From: Patescibacteria group bacterium
GTDB lineage: Bacteria > Patescibacteriota > Minisyncoccia > Phycocordibacterales > PALSA-1337
Length of the DNA stretch: 37,630 bases
Assembly: GCA_038065415.1 (NCBI GenBank)
Contig: JBBTRA010000012.1
Location: forward strand, 1 to 37,630
Reading direction: 5' to 3'
In this document: positions 8,385 through 16,308 of the stretch, piece after piece
Position numbering within the stretch: position 1 is the stretch's first letter
Layout: every line of letters begins with the position of its first letter
Notes under the pieces: generated by a model
The model's database searches: none
What the model was told of the DNA's origin: nothing
What the model saw: the letters and a program-made list of their open reading frames with translations, nothing else
Position numbers and translations under genes: made by a program

Positions 8385-9590
8385 ATGCCCAACATCACTC
8401 CTGACATCGAAGCATTTGCACGCATCAAAGTACTCGGCGTGGGCGGATCTGGCGGCAACGCAGTCAATCACATGATCACCTCCAAAGTGAAGGGGGTTGA
8501 TTTCATATCCATCAATACCGACTCACAAGATTTGCACCGCGCCATGACCAAGAAGCGCATTCATATCGGCAAGAATATCACCCGCGGCCTCGGCACCGGT
8601 ATGAATCCTGAGCTCGGCAAACGTGCAGTCGAAGAGACTCGTGATGAGATCCAGGATGCCGTCAAAGGTGCTGACATGGTTTTTGTCACCTGCGGTCTTG
8701 GTGGTGGTACAGGAAGCGGAGCTTCCCCAATGGTCGCCCGTGTCGCCAAAGAGCTCGGTTGTCTCACCGTCGCGGTCGTCACCAAGCCATTCTTCTTCGA
8801 AGGTCGCCAGCGTTCACGCATCGCAGAAGCTGCACTCGAAGACCTCCGCAAAGAAGTCGACGCCATCATCGTCATCCCCAACGATCGCCTTCTCTCCGCC
8901 ATCAGCAAAGACACATCTGTAAAAAATGCTTTCGGCATGTGTGATGAGATTCTCCGTCAAGCTGTCGAGGGTATCTCTGATCTCATCACCACTCCAGGAC
9001 TCATCAACATCGACTTTGCCGATATCCGTACAGTCATGGAAAATGCCGGCTCAGCCCTTATGGGTATCGGTTCTGCATCCGGCGAGAACCGCGCTATTGA
9101 GGCTGCAAAGGCTGCTATCAATTCTCCACTCCTCGATGTCTCGATCACGGGCTCAAAGGGTGTACTCTTCTCGATTGCGGGAGGCGAAGACCTCACCATG
9201 TTCGAGATCCAGGATGCAGCAAAGGTTATTACCGAATCCATCGACCCAGAAGCCAAGATTATCTTCGGTACTGTACGCGACGACAAGCTCAAGAAGAACG
9301 AGATCAAGATCACCGTCATCGCTACCGGCTTCCCAGAAACCAATGTTTCCTCCAGCCGTCCGACGGGCGCTCCAGTATCCGCAGAGCCAACTATCGCTTC
9401 TATCATGAAGAGCGTCACTGAGAGATCAGAGGCTCCCGCCAAGGCTGAGCGCGGCAAAATCTTCAACTCCATGTCTGACATCCGCCGCGATGCTCCTATC
9501 GAGAAGAAGGTAGAGAAAGAAGAGAAGAAGGATGATGACGATGATTGGGGTGCAATACCGGCGTTTCTCCGCAGATCGAGGTTAAAGTAA
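8385..9590 (+). CDS. ftsZ: Cell division protein FtsZ
   Basis: GVGGSGGNAVNHM, the tubulin signature GLGGGTGSGASP, and NDRLL. The start was trimmed to the ATG at 8385, which is 8 nt after TACACT. The C-terminal tail DDDDDWGAIPAFLRR is typical. Confidence 0.92.
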   Translation: MPNITPDIEAFARIKVLGVGGSGGNAVNHMITSKVKGVDFISINTDSQDLHRAMTKKRIHIGKNITRGLGTGMNPELGKRAVEETRDEIQDAVKGADMVFVTCGLGGGTGSGASPMVARVAKELGCLTVAVVTKPFFFEGRQRSRIAEAALEDLRKEVDAIIVIPNDRLLSAISKDTSVKNAFGMCDEILRQAVEGISDLITTPGLINIDFADIRTVMENAGSALMGIGSASGENRAIEAAKAAINSPLLDVSITGSKGVLFSIAGGEDLTMFEIQDAAKVITESIDPEAKIIFGTVRDDKLKKNEIKITVIATGFPETNVSSSRPTGAPVSAEPTIASIMKSVTERSEAPAKAERGKIFNSMSDIRRDAPIEKKVEKEEKKDDDDDWGAIPAFLRRSRLK

Positions 9591-9598
9591 GCTACAAC

Positions 9599-9630
9599 AA
9601 AAAATCCCGTGAAAATCTCGCGGGATTTTT
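9599..9630 (+). terminator. Intrinsic terminator after ftsZ
   Basis: AAAAATCCCG-(11 nt)-CGGGATTTTT immediately after the ftsZ stop. Confidence 0.8.
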
Positions 9631-9654
9631 CATATGTGATATAATGTCCCAACT

Positions 9655-10578
9655 ATGATTTACGACCTCGCCATCATCGGAGGTGGACCCGCTGGAGCAG
9701 CGGCAGCCGTCTACGCCGCCAGGAAGCGCCTCAGGACCGTCTTTGTGACCAAGGATTGGCTCGGCCAGAGCAACGTATCGGAGAAGATCGAGAACTGGAT
9801 CGGCACCCCTGTCATCTCCGGTCTCGTACTCTCAGAAAATCTCAAGATGCACGCCAAGGCATATGCTGACGGCATCATCGACTTTAAGGAAAACCAATAT
9901 GCGACCAAAGTCTCCAAGAATGACTCCGGAACATTCACAATCACGAGCGACAAGGGCTCATATGAGGCCAAAACTATCCTTATAGCTTCAGGCAGCCGTA
10001 GGCGAAAACTCGAGATACCAGGAGCTGATACCTATGAACACAAGGGGCTCACCTACTGCGCATCATGTGACGGCCCCATGTATGCCGATCAGGATGTCGC
10101 TGTCATCGGTGGCGGCAATGCTGGTTTCGAGAGTGCTGCCCAACTCCTCGCGTACTGCAAGAGCGTCACGCTCCTATCTCGCAGTGAATACAAAGCTGAT
10201 CCCGGGACAGTAGAGAAAGTGCTGAGCAATCCAAAAATGAAAGGTGTGCAATTCGCTATTCCAAAGGAAATCAAAGGTGATAAATTCGTCACTTCACTTA
10301 TCTACACAGATACTCAGTCAGACGGAGACATCGAGATTCCGGTCACGGGTATATTCTCTGAAGTTGGATCCATCCCGAATACCGACTTTGTGGCCGGACT
10401 TGTCTCTATGGACAGATTCAATCATGTCATTACCGATGCTCGCAACCAACGCACATCTATCGACGGTATTTGGGCTGCGGGAGATTGCACCGATGGTCTC
10501 TACCATCAGAACAATATCGCTGCAGGAGATGCGGTCAAAGCAATCGAAGACATCTACGTTTGGTTGAACGCGAAGTAA
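9655..10578 (+). CDS. trxB: Thioredoxin-disulfide reductase-like FAD/NAD(P)-dependent oxidoreductase
   Basis: FAD motif DLAIIGGGPAGAAAAVYAA, redox-active CASCDG, a second dinucleotide motif VAVIGGGNAGFESA, and C-terminal GIWAAGDC. A TGaTATAAT box ends 9 nt before the ATG. Confidence 0.8.
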   Translation: MIYDLAIIGGGPAGAAAAVYAARKRLRTVFVTKDWLGQSNVSEKIENWIGTPVISGLVLSENLKMHAKAYADGIIDFKENQYATKVSKNDSGTFTITSDKGSYEAKTILIASGSRRRKLEIPGADTYEHKGLTYCASCDGPMYADQDVAVIGGGNAGFESAAQLLAYCKSVTLLSRSEYKADPGTVEKVLSNPKMKGVQFAIPKEIKGDKFVTSLIYTDTQSDGDIEIPVTGIFSEVGSIPNTDFVAGLVSMDRFNHVITDARNQRTSIDGIWAAGDCTDGLYHQNNIAAGDAVKAIEDIYVWLNAK

Positions 10579-10584
10579 ACCGAC

Positions 10585-11097
10585 TCATTTTTCGCAGACT
10601 CCCCACAACCCCCTTTCTTCTTTTTTCGCTTCTCTTTCTATAGCTCTGAATTCCTTCTGGAACATGTATGCCTTACCAAAGGTATATTCCCGCGCAAATC
10701 CGTTACGGAGCAAATACTCATTCAGAAATGTCCCATCAGGGAGATACACATACGCGAGATACCGTTCGTAGCGATCCTGCTCTTCCCTATCCGGATTCAA
10801 TTTCAAGCGCACCGCATGCCCGCCCAACAATCTTTTACTCTCACCTGATGCTTCGAGTCCATAACACTGTACCTGCTTGCGCGGATCCACAGTCTCAGGA
10901 GTATCGATACCGAGCATGCGGACGGTGATACTATGTTTTCCTACCTGTACCTTGAATGTATCTCCATCCACAACGGAGACTACTCGATAGAGCTCTTCCT
11001 CATCAATCGATACCACTGTCGATGCGTACGCATAATATCCACCCACGCACAACACACCCGCAACAGCCATGGCTGCCACGATTTTCCCATATTTCAT
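10585..11097 (-). CDS. Membrane-anchored thermonuclease (SNase) family protein
   Basis: An N-terminal TM/signal anchor, then VVDGDTFKV...VRMLGIDTPET...RYLAYVYL...LLRNGFA, which are staphylococcal-nuclease family motifs. Confidence 0.8.
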   Translation of the reverse strand: MKYGKIVAAMAVAGVLCVGGYYAYASTVVSIDEEELYRVVSVVDGDTFKVQVGKHSITVRMLGIDTPETVDPRKQVQCYGLEASGESKRLLGGHAVRLKLNPDREEQDRYERYLAYVYLPDGTFLNEYLLRNGFAREYTFGKAYMFQKEFRAIEREAKKEERGLWGVCEK

Positions 11098-11141
11098 TGT
11101 AGTTCTGACCAGTGACTATCTGACGCAGGTATCCTCCCTTG

Positions 11142-11213
11142 TAGCCCTACGGGGAATCGAACCCCGATTACCGCCTTGAAAAGGCGATGTCCTAACCGTT
11201 AGACGATAGGGCC
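11142..11213 (-). tRNA. tRNA-Glu (anticodon TTC)
   Basis: The reverse complement reads GGCCCTATCGTCTAACGGTTAGGACATCGCCTTTTCAAGGCGGTAATCGGGGTTCGATTCCCCGTAGGGCTA. The anticodon loop is TTTTCAA (TTC) and the T-loop is TTCGATT. CCA is not encoded. Confidence 0.85.
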
Positions 11214-11293
11214 GCGAACAAAGACATACTACCATTTTTTGAAATTTTGGCAAAAAATGCTATGGTATACCGGTCCCCGACCGCATAATACCT

Positions 11294-11380
11294 GGAGAGG
11301 TGGCTGAGTGGTTGAAGGCACTGGTTTCGAAAACCAGCAGGGGCGAAAGTTCCTCGAGGGTTCGAATCCCTCCCTCTCCG
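11294..11380 (+). tRNA. tRNA-Ser (anticodon CGA), long variable arm
   Basis: GGAGAGGTGGCTGAGTGGTTGAAGGCACTGGTTTCGAAAACCAG... with anticodon loop TTCGAAA (CGA), a long variable arm, T-arm AGGGTTCGAATCCCT, and 3' acceptor CCTCTCC+G. Confidence 0.9.
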
Positions 11381-11389
11381 CCCAAAGCA

Positions 11390-12004
11390 ATGAGCCTATA
11401 CAGTACATATATTCTGCCCCGCCTCCTCAATAGGGCCATGCGCTCCATCGACTGTAATGGAACACGCTCTGATGTTGCCAGTATGGCTCGAGGGGTTGTA
11501 CTTGAAATAGGATTTGGTTCCGGATATAACCTGCCATTTTACAAGAATATCGAGATGCTCTATGCGCTCGAACCTTCATCTCCACTCTATACGCTCGCAC
11601 AGGAGAGAATAGCGGCAGTTTCATTCCCTATTACCCACCTGAAAAACTCCGCGGAACAGATTCCGTTACCAGATAATACAATTGATACAGTAGTCTCTAC
11701 GTGGGTCTTGTGCAGTATTTCAGACGTTCCAAAAGCCCTCAGGGAAATAGCGCGCGTACTTAAGCCTGGTGGTACATTCATTTTCATTGAGCACGGAGGA
11801 TCTCCCAACACATTCTTGAAACGCATACAAACTCTGGCGACACCTTTCACAAAAAGACTCGCCGGAAACTGCCATCTAGACAGAAAGATTGATAGCCTGA
11901 TCTCTGAAGCAGGATTTGAATTTACTGACCTTCAGATGTCACAAGAGTCGGGACGACCTCTCATGTTTTCGTATCGGGGTACAGCCGTGAAGAATCCGAA
12001 CTAG
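11390..12004 (+). CDS. Class I SAM-dependent methyltransferase
   Basis: VVLEIGFGSGYNL (motif I), DTVVSTWVLCSI and VLKPGGTFIFIEHG. The ORF-track start at 11300 runs through tRNA-Ser, so the start was trimmed to the ATG at 11390, 9 nt after the tRNA 3' end. Confidence 0.75.
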   Translation: MSLYSTYILPRLLNRAMRSIDCNGTRSDVASMARGVVLEIGFGSGYNLPFYKNIEMLYALEPSSPLYTLAQERIAAVSFPITHLKNSAEQIPLPDNTIDTVVSTWVLCSISDVPKALREIARVLKPGGTFIFIEHGGSPNTFLKRIQTLATPFTKRLAGNCHLDRKIDSLISEAGFEFTDLQMSQESGRPLMFSYRGTAVKNPN

Positions 12005-12010
12005 ACTGAA

Positions 12011-12038
12011 TTGACATTTTTCTATTAAATGGTATACT
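12011..12038 (+). promoter_or_regulatory. Near-consensus sigma-70-type promoter (TTGACA-16-TATACT)
   Basis: TTGACA at 12011-12016 and TATACT at 12033-12038. It lies upstream of the 76-codon ORF. Confidence 0.6.
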
Positions 12039-12062
12039 GTTTTCCAAACGGTACCGTATATT

Positions 12063-12293
12063 ATGAGTGCAAGCAAACCACTAACATTCGCGGAACTGGA
12101 GGAGGGTGCAAAATTCATCGCCTTCCCTGTAGATGGTGACGATGCGGGACATGGCGGCTTCCGCCAAGGATCTTACCTTCTCACCAAGCTCCGCCTGACC
12201 AAAGGCAAAAAAGGTGAAAATGCGATGCGGTGCATTGATGGCACACTCATCACCTGCACACCCAGACAGGAAGTTTCTCTCATCCTCGCCTGA
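12063..12293 (+). CDS. Hypothetical small protein (76 aa)
   Basis: The ORF is bracketed by a near-consensus promoter (12011-12038) and an intrinsic terminator (12303-12336). I recognised no family. Confidence 0.55.
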   Translation: MSASKPLTFAELEEGAKFIAFPVDGDDAGHGGFRQGSYLLTKLRLTKGKKGENAMRCIDGTLITCTPRQEVSLILA

Positions 12294-12302
12294 TACTCAC
12301 TC

Positions 12303-12336
12303 AACCGGATCTCTACTACAGGGGTCCGGTTTTTTG
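12303..12336 (+). terminator. Intrinsic terminator after the 76-aa ORF
   Basis: AACCGGA-(15 nt)-TCCGGTT followed by TTTTT. Confidence 0.6.
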
Positions 12337-12373
12337 TATGACCCCATATCGCCCAAATGATATACTTACTGAT

Positions 12374-13012
12374 ATGAAAATAACCAAACTCGGCCACTGC
12401 TGCCTCCTCGTAGAAATACGTGGCATCCGCTTCCTCACCGACCCCGGAGCATACACCACTGCACAGAACACTGTGCACAATATTCACTACGTGGTCATCA
12501 GTCACGAACATACAGACCACCTTCATATCGAGTCGCTGAAGACCGTACTCGCCAACAACCCCAACGCAAAAGTGATCTGCAATGCATCTGTCGGAGCTAT
12601 TCTTGCAAAAGAAAGTATTTCCTTCATCAAAGTATCTGATAGCGAGTCTCATGAGTGCGACGGCGTGAATGTATCGGCACACGGCACACAACACGAGACC
12701 ATATACAAATCGTATGAGCAGGTCGAGAACACGGGATATATGTTCGATGGCAAGCTCTTTTACCCGGGAGATGCATTTCACAAGCCCAATGTTCCTGTCG
12801 ATATCCTCGCCTTTCCGGTGACGGGTCCGTGGTGCACTATCGCACAAGCCGTCGACTATGCTCTCGAAGTCAAACCTCGCATTGCATTCCCTGTCCATGA
12901 TGGCAACCTTGTCCGACAAAACGGTATCACCGTCAGATTACCAGGAATTGAGCTACCAAAAGCAGGAATCTCTTTTGTCGCTCTCGAACTCGGTACAGAA
13001 ACCGAGCTCTAG
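12374..13012 (+). CDS. MBL-fold metallo-hydrolase
   Basis: MKITKLGHCCLLVE..., the HxHxDH motif VVISHEHTDHLH, and later His/Asp ligands (SAHGTQH, YPGDAFH). An alternative ATG at 12338 abuts the preceding terminator T-run, so 12374 is preferred. Confidence 0.75.
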   Translation: MKITKLGHCCLLVEIRGIRFLTDPGAYTTAQNTVHNIHYVVISHEHTDHLHIESLKTVLANNPNAKVICNASVGAILAKESISFIKVSDSESHECDGVNVSAHGTQHETIYKSYEQVENTGYMFDGKLFYPGDAFHKPNVPVDILAFPVTGPWCTIAQAVDYALEVKPRIAFPVHDGNLVRQNGITVRLPGIELPKAGISFVALELGTETEL

Positions 13013-13045
13013 CAATTTTCCTCATTTCAGTGGCATAATACCGCC

Positions 13046-14101
13046 ATGAGGCATTCTCCCCTACAAAAGGCTTGCACCGCCCTCCTGGTGATCGCTTTTG
13101 GCTGGGGTACGGGATACATCGTGCTCAAAGGTATCGAATACTTCCAACCCTCGACCATCATCGTGCAAACCGGTGTACAAAAGGCGTTGACACTTGAGGC
13201 CAAGGTCGTCAATCCAGCAGTACCCGAGACGAGCAAACTGACCATCATGGTCGGTGGAGATCTCATGTTCGATCGTGGCATCCGCGCCATCGGTGAACGC
13301 AACGGATACGCTTCCCTTTTCGACGATTCCGTCGTTTCACTTTTCAAGAAAGCTGATATGGTTGTGGCCAATCTCGAAGGTCCCATCACCACCAATGTTT
13401 CAAAAACGCTCATCAATGGCAAAACCACTGACAGCTTCACGTTCACGTTCCCGATCGCTGCGGCTGATGCGCTAAAATCAGTAGGAATCGATGTGGTCAG
13501 CTTGGCCAACAATCACACAGACAATTTCGGCTTTGCTGGATATCAAGAGACCCAGGCATATCTACGCGATGCGGGTATCGAATGGTTCGGCAACCCTTGG
13601 AATGCAACCTCAACCAGACTCACCATCCGCACTGCCACTGGAGACTCACCTGTCGCCACCCTCCTCGAAAAGAATGGCATCACCATCGCCTTCGTCGGCT
13701 ACCATGCATTCCAGCTCGGGGTAGACCAGGTCATTGCCGAGATCAGGCGTGTATCAAAGCCTGGCGTATTCACCATCGTCATGCCGCATTGGGGTGAAGA
13801 GTACGTATCCGTACCATCAGACAAGATGCGCTCGTATGCACGCGCCTTCATCGCCGCAGGAGCAGATGCGGTAATCGGTGCACACCCTCATATCGTTGCT
13901 GAGCAAGAATGGATCGGCGCGGTCCCCGTCCACTACTCTGTTGGCAACCTACTCTTCGACCAATATTTCTCAGAACAGGTGAAGCGTGGCATGGTCGTCC
14001 AGCTCGATCTCGTCAAGAAAGATGGAGTCATATCCATAGCCCGTATGGCCACTCACGAAACTTCAATGAAACCTGGTATCGGTGTCAGCCTTGAAAAATG
14101 A
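13046..14101 (+). CDS. CapA/PGA_cap-family metallophosphatase-like protein, membrane anchored
   Basis: An N-terminal TM, then IMVGGDLMFDRG, VANLEGPIT, SLANNHTDNFG, MPHWGEEY and IGAHPHI. This is the CapA (poly-gamma-glutamate capsule synthesis-type) pattern. Confidence 0.75.
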   Translation: MRHSPLQKACTALLVIAFGWGTGYIVLKGIEYFQPSTIIVQTGVQKALTLEAKVVNPAVPETSKLTIMVGGDLMFDRGIRAIGERNGYASLFDDSVVSLFKKADMVVANLEGPITTNVSKTLINGKTTDSFTFTFPIAAADALKSVGIDVVSLANNHTDNFGFAGYQETQAYLRDAGIEWFGNPWNATSTRLTIRTATGDSPVATLLEKNGITIAFVGYHAFQLGVDQVIAEIRRVSKPGVFTIVMPHWGEEYVSVPSDKMRSYARAFIAAGADAVIGAHPHIVAEQEWIGAVPVHYSVGNLLFDQYFSEQVKRGMVVQLDLVKKDGVISIARMATHETSMKPGIGVSLEK

Positions 14102-14174
14102 TCATTCCCATGCGAAAATTGTGCCATTATCAACATATACGCATCGCCTTTAATTCGTATCTCTATCCTTTATC

Positions 14175-14489
14175 ATGACCAACAGTCTCAAAGATTTTAT
14201 TGAATTTGTTCGTACCCAGGGCGCAATCGGTCTCGCTGTCGGTTTCATTCTCGGCAAAGCGGTATCTGATGTCGTCGCCTCTATCGTCAACGACCTCATC
14301 AATCCGATCATCGGTATTGCCCTCGGACGCTTCGGGGATCTCTCGCTACTCTCCTTCCATGTCCTTTCCGCCAATATCACTTACGGTAAATTCATCAGCG
14401 TTCTCATCAACTTCGTCATCGTCGCTGCAGTAGTCTATTTCGGTGTGAAGAAATTGAAGCTCGACCGGCTCGATAAACCGAAGGCATAG
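14175..14489 (+). CDS. mscL: Large-conductance mechanosensitive channel MscL (short form)
   Basis: FIEFVRTQGAIGLAVGFILGKAVSDVVASIVNDLINPIIG is the canonical MscL TM1 region. A second TM follows (FISVLINFVIVAAVVYF). Confidence 0.85.
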   Translation: MTNSLKDFIEFVRTQGAIGLAVGFILGKAVSDVVASIVNDLINPIIGIALGRFGDLSLLSFHVLSANITYGKFISVLINFVIVAAVVYFGVKKLKLDRLDKPKA

Positions 14490-14520
14490 AGTCCATCTTA
14501 ATTAATCGAAGTTTTTCTAT

Positions 14521-14552
14521 ACAACCACTTGACTTTTTTGTCGAGTGGTTGT
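14521..14552 (+). terminator. Hairpin after mscL (probable terminator)
   Basis: ACAACCACT-(14 nt, T-rich)-AGTGGTTGT followed by ATGTTTT. Confidence 0.5.
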
Positions 14553-14659
14553 ATGTTTTGACTAGCAAAAGGGTCCTTTGACAACCTGTGTTTCAAAGGT
14601 ATGTGGGTGCTTGAAGTTAACTCCGAAGGAGGAGTAACCAACAAAAAGAAAGGTCCGTC

Positions 14660-14833
14660 ATGAACAAACAAACAACAGAGCCAGCGACGCTGTGGGGGCG
14701 TTGTGACGCTCGCTTCAAACAGCTGCCGTTGTGGAAACGATGTCTCATCGTTACCACAGCGGGCATAACGCTCGGGATGACCGTATTCCTGTGGAACTAC
14801 GGCCCAACCATCATCGAAAGTATCACGAAATGA
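14660..14833 (+). CDS. Hypothetical small membrane protein (57 aa), below the ORF-track length cutoff
   Basis: Read by hand: MNKQTTEPATLWGRCDARFKQLPLWKRCLIVTTAGITLGMTVFLWNYGPTIIESITK. It has one TM helix. Its TGA overlaps the ATG of the next gene (ATGA-type 4-nt overlap at 14830-14833). Confidence 0.5.
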   Translation: MNKQTTEPATLWGRCDARFKQLPLWKRCLIVTTAGITLGMTVFLWNYGPTIIESITK

Positions 14834-16023
14834 ATGCTACAACGAAACTCATTCGGCGCAAGCCGTTCTTGCAGCCATTTGCGTACCTATGCATCATGCT
14901 GACCGTGCTCACATCGCACGAAACCGTGTGGGCACGCGTAGCGAACGCATCGTTCGAAATCAGGAAGTCCGAACCGGCACCTGCCAAGCAGGCACAGCCG
15001 GAGCTACGGCTCCTCGTACTCGAAACCCTCAGCACCGCCTCAAGCGTGCCGAAGCTTGTACTGGAAAGCATTCCCCCCGGCGCTGAACGCGTCCTGGGTG
15101 TGTCGCTTTTCGGTGAACGCGCCCTTCGCATCCTGATCGGTGACAAGTCTCGCCTTGCAGAGGCAGACAAACTCGTACGCGGCCAGAACCCACTCGCATC
15201 AACCTATGTTGATGGCGACAGCCTCGTGGTGGTATTCCCCGAATCCATCGTGAGCACTGTCCAGGGCGCCCTCCAAGAAGGATCGTTGGACTTGGCCAAG
15301 GTTGGCAGAGGTCCGATCGGTGACCCGCAAAACCTGTTCTGGTGCGTAGTGGTGCTCGCGGGTATCGGCATTGGGACGTATTATGGTATGAAGTACCTGT
15401 GCAAACAGGCCGGCCTCATCCCAACAAATGCACCACCGCCTCCGAAAACCAACCCGCCGCCACCGCCACCTCCGACAAATCGGCCCCCAAACTGGCCCAC
15501 GAATAAGGGTCCGATCACGGTCGTAGGGGGATTCAAGATGTTCAATCTCGTCACCGAATCATCGGTAATGCCCTCGAACGTGCACGCCGCACTCATGGCA
15601 GGAACGAGTCCGAACAATCCATTGTTCAAAACCTATTCAGACGACCCTATGGATGAGACTCTACACGGGGTAGCAGCCATGGACGCGTCAGGTTTCAATG
15701 AACTATACGAGTCAACCTCGTATGTGGATCCAACGGGGAGTCCGTACCTCCGGTGCACAAAGTCCATCATCCAGTCGGCTTCATCACTCACAACGACCGG
15801 GACAACAAACTGGCAAAATCGTATGACCATGTACATTTGGTACAACGCAGAAACGCAATGTATCAGCATCTATGATCAAGGAGGTACTCTCCGTGAGAAC
15901 ATCGTCGGACCACGTGGCTCAAGTCTCCAGATCGAGAGCTTCGACTACGTCATCACCCATTGGTACAACCCCAACGGTCCGATGTTCTTCCGAAGCTGGT
16001 CTGGCCTGCCCGCAGCGCCCTGA
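14830..16023 (+). CDS. Hypothetical bitopic protein with signal peptide, central TM helix and polyproline linker (397 aa)
   Basis: The start is placed at MNATTKLIRRKPFLQPFAYLCIMLTVLTSHETVWA (signal-peptide-like). The TM helix is LFWCVVVLAGIGIGTYYGM, the linker is NAPPPPKTNPPPPPPPTNRPPNWP, and a ~170-aa C-terminal domain of unknown family follows. The ORF-track start at 14731 is a GTG upstream. Confidence 0.65.
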   Translation: MNATTKLIRRKPFLQPFAYLCIMLTVLTSHETVWARVANASFEIRKSEPAPAKQAQPELRLLVLETLSTASSVPKLVLESIPPGAERVLGVSLFGERALRILIGDKSRLAEADKLVRGQNPLASTYVDGDSLVVVFPESIVSTVQGALQEGSLDLAKVGRGPIGDPQNLFWCVVVLAGIGIGTYYGMKYLCKQAGLIPTNAPPPPKTNPPPPPPPTNRPPNWPTNKGPITVVGGFKMFNLVTESSVMPSNVHAALMAGTSPNNPLFKTYSDDPMDETLHGVAAMDASGFNELYESTSYVDPTGSPYLRCTKSIIQSASSLTTTGTTNWQNRMTMYIWYNAETQCISIYDQGGTLRENIVGPRGSSLQIESFDYVITHWYNPNGPMFFRSWSGLPAAP

Positions 16024-16048
16024 AAGACCACCTGAAACACAGTTGCAC

Positions 16049-16083
16049 GGCCCGAATCACCAGTGGGGTGATTCGGGCCTTTT
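16049..16083 (+). terminator. Strong intrinsic terminator
   Basis: GGCCCGAATCACC-agtgg-GGTGATTCGGGCC (13-bp perfect stem) followed by TTTT. Confidence 0.9.
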
Positions 16084-16094
16084 CATCCCCCAGA

Positions 16095-16123
16095 TTTGAT
16101 TTTTCCCTTATTTCTGCTATAGT
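16095..16123 (+). promoter_or_regulatory. Promoter-like element upstream of tRNA-Val (TTTGAT-17-TATAGT with TGc)
   Basis: -35 at 16095-16100 and -10 at 16118-16123, about 90 nt upstream of the mature tRNA 5' end. Confidence 0.5.
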
Positions 16124-16214
16124 TTTTCCAAAGGTCCAGTAGGAATCTGGTCGAAAATTTTTGTCGCTCACGCGACAAAAATCTTTCGATCCGAATTCCG
16201 CAAAACCGGAATTC

Positions 16215-16287
16215 GCGCGGTTAGCTCAGTTGGTAGAGCATCCCCTTGACGTGGGGAGGGTCACAGGTTCGAATCCTGTATCGCGCA
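16215..16287 (+). tRNA. tRNA-Val (anticodon GAC)
   Basis: GCGCGGTTAGCTCAGTTGGTAGAGCATCCCCTTGACGTGGGGAGGGTCACAGGTTCGAATCCTGTATCGCGCA. The anticodon loop is TTGACGT. CCA is not encoded. Confidence 0.9.
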
Positions 16288-16308
16288 CTCGTAGAACACT
16301 CACGCATC

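Noticed and set aside
11300-11389. N-terminal extensions of ORF-track genes running through tRNA-Ser (11300 start) and tRNA-Val (16246 start).
   Set aside because: These extended reading frames translate tRNA sequence. The conserved protein cores begin at the internal ATGs (11390 and 16309).
12173-12919. A 248-aa ORF on the minus strand.
   Set aside because: It lies entirely antisense to the well-supported 76-aa ORF and the MBL-fold hydrolase gene. It has no recognisable motifs and is Cys/Arg/Val-rich junk. It is a shadow ORF.
16157-16182. The 11-bp hairpin ATTTTTGTCGC-tcac-GCGACAAAAAT as a minus-strand terminator.
   Set aside because: It has a T-run only in the minus orientation, but there is no minus-strand gene upstream of it. 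I treat it as part of the tRNA-Val leader instead.
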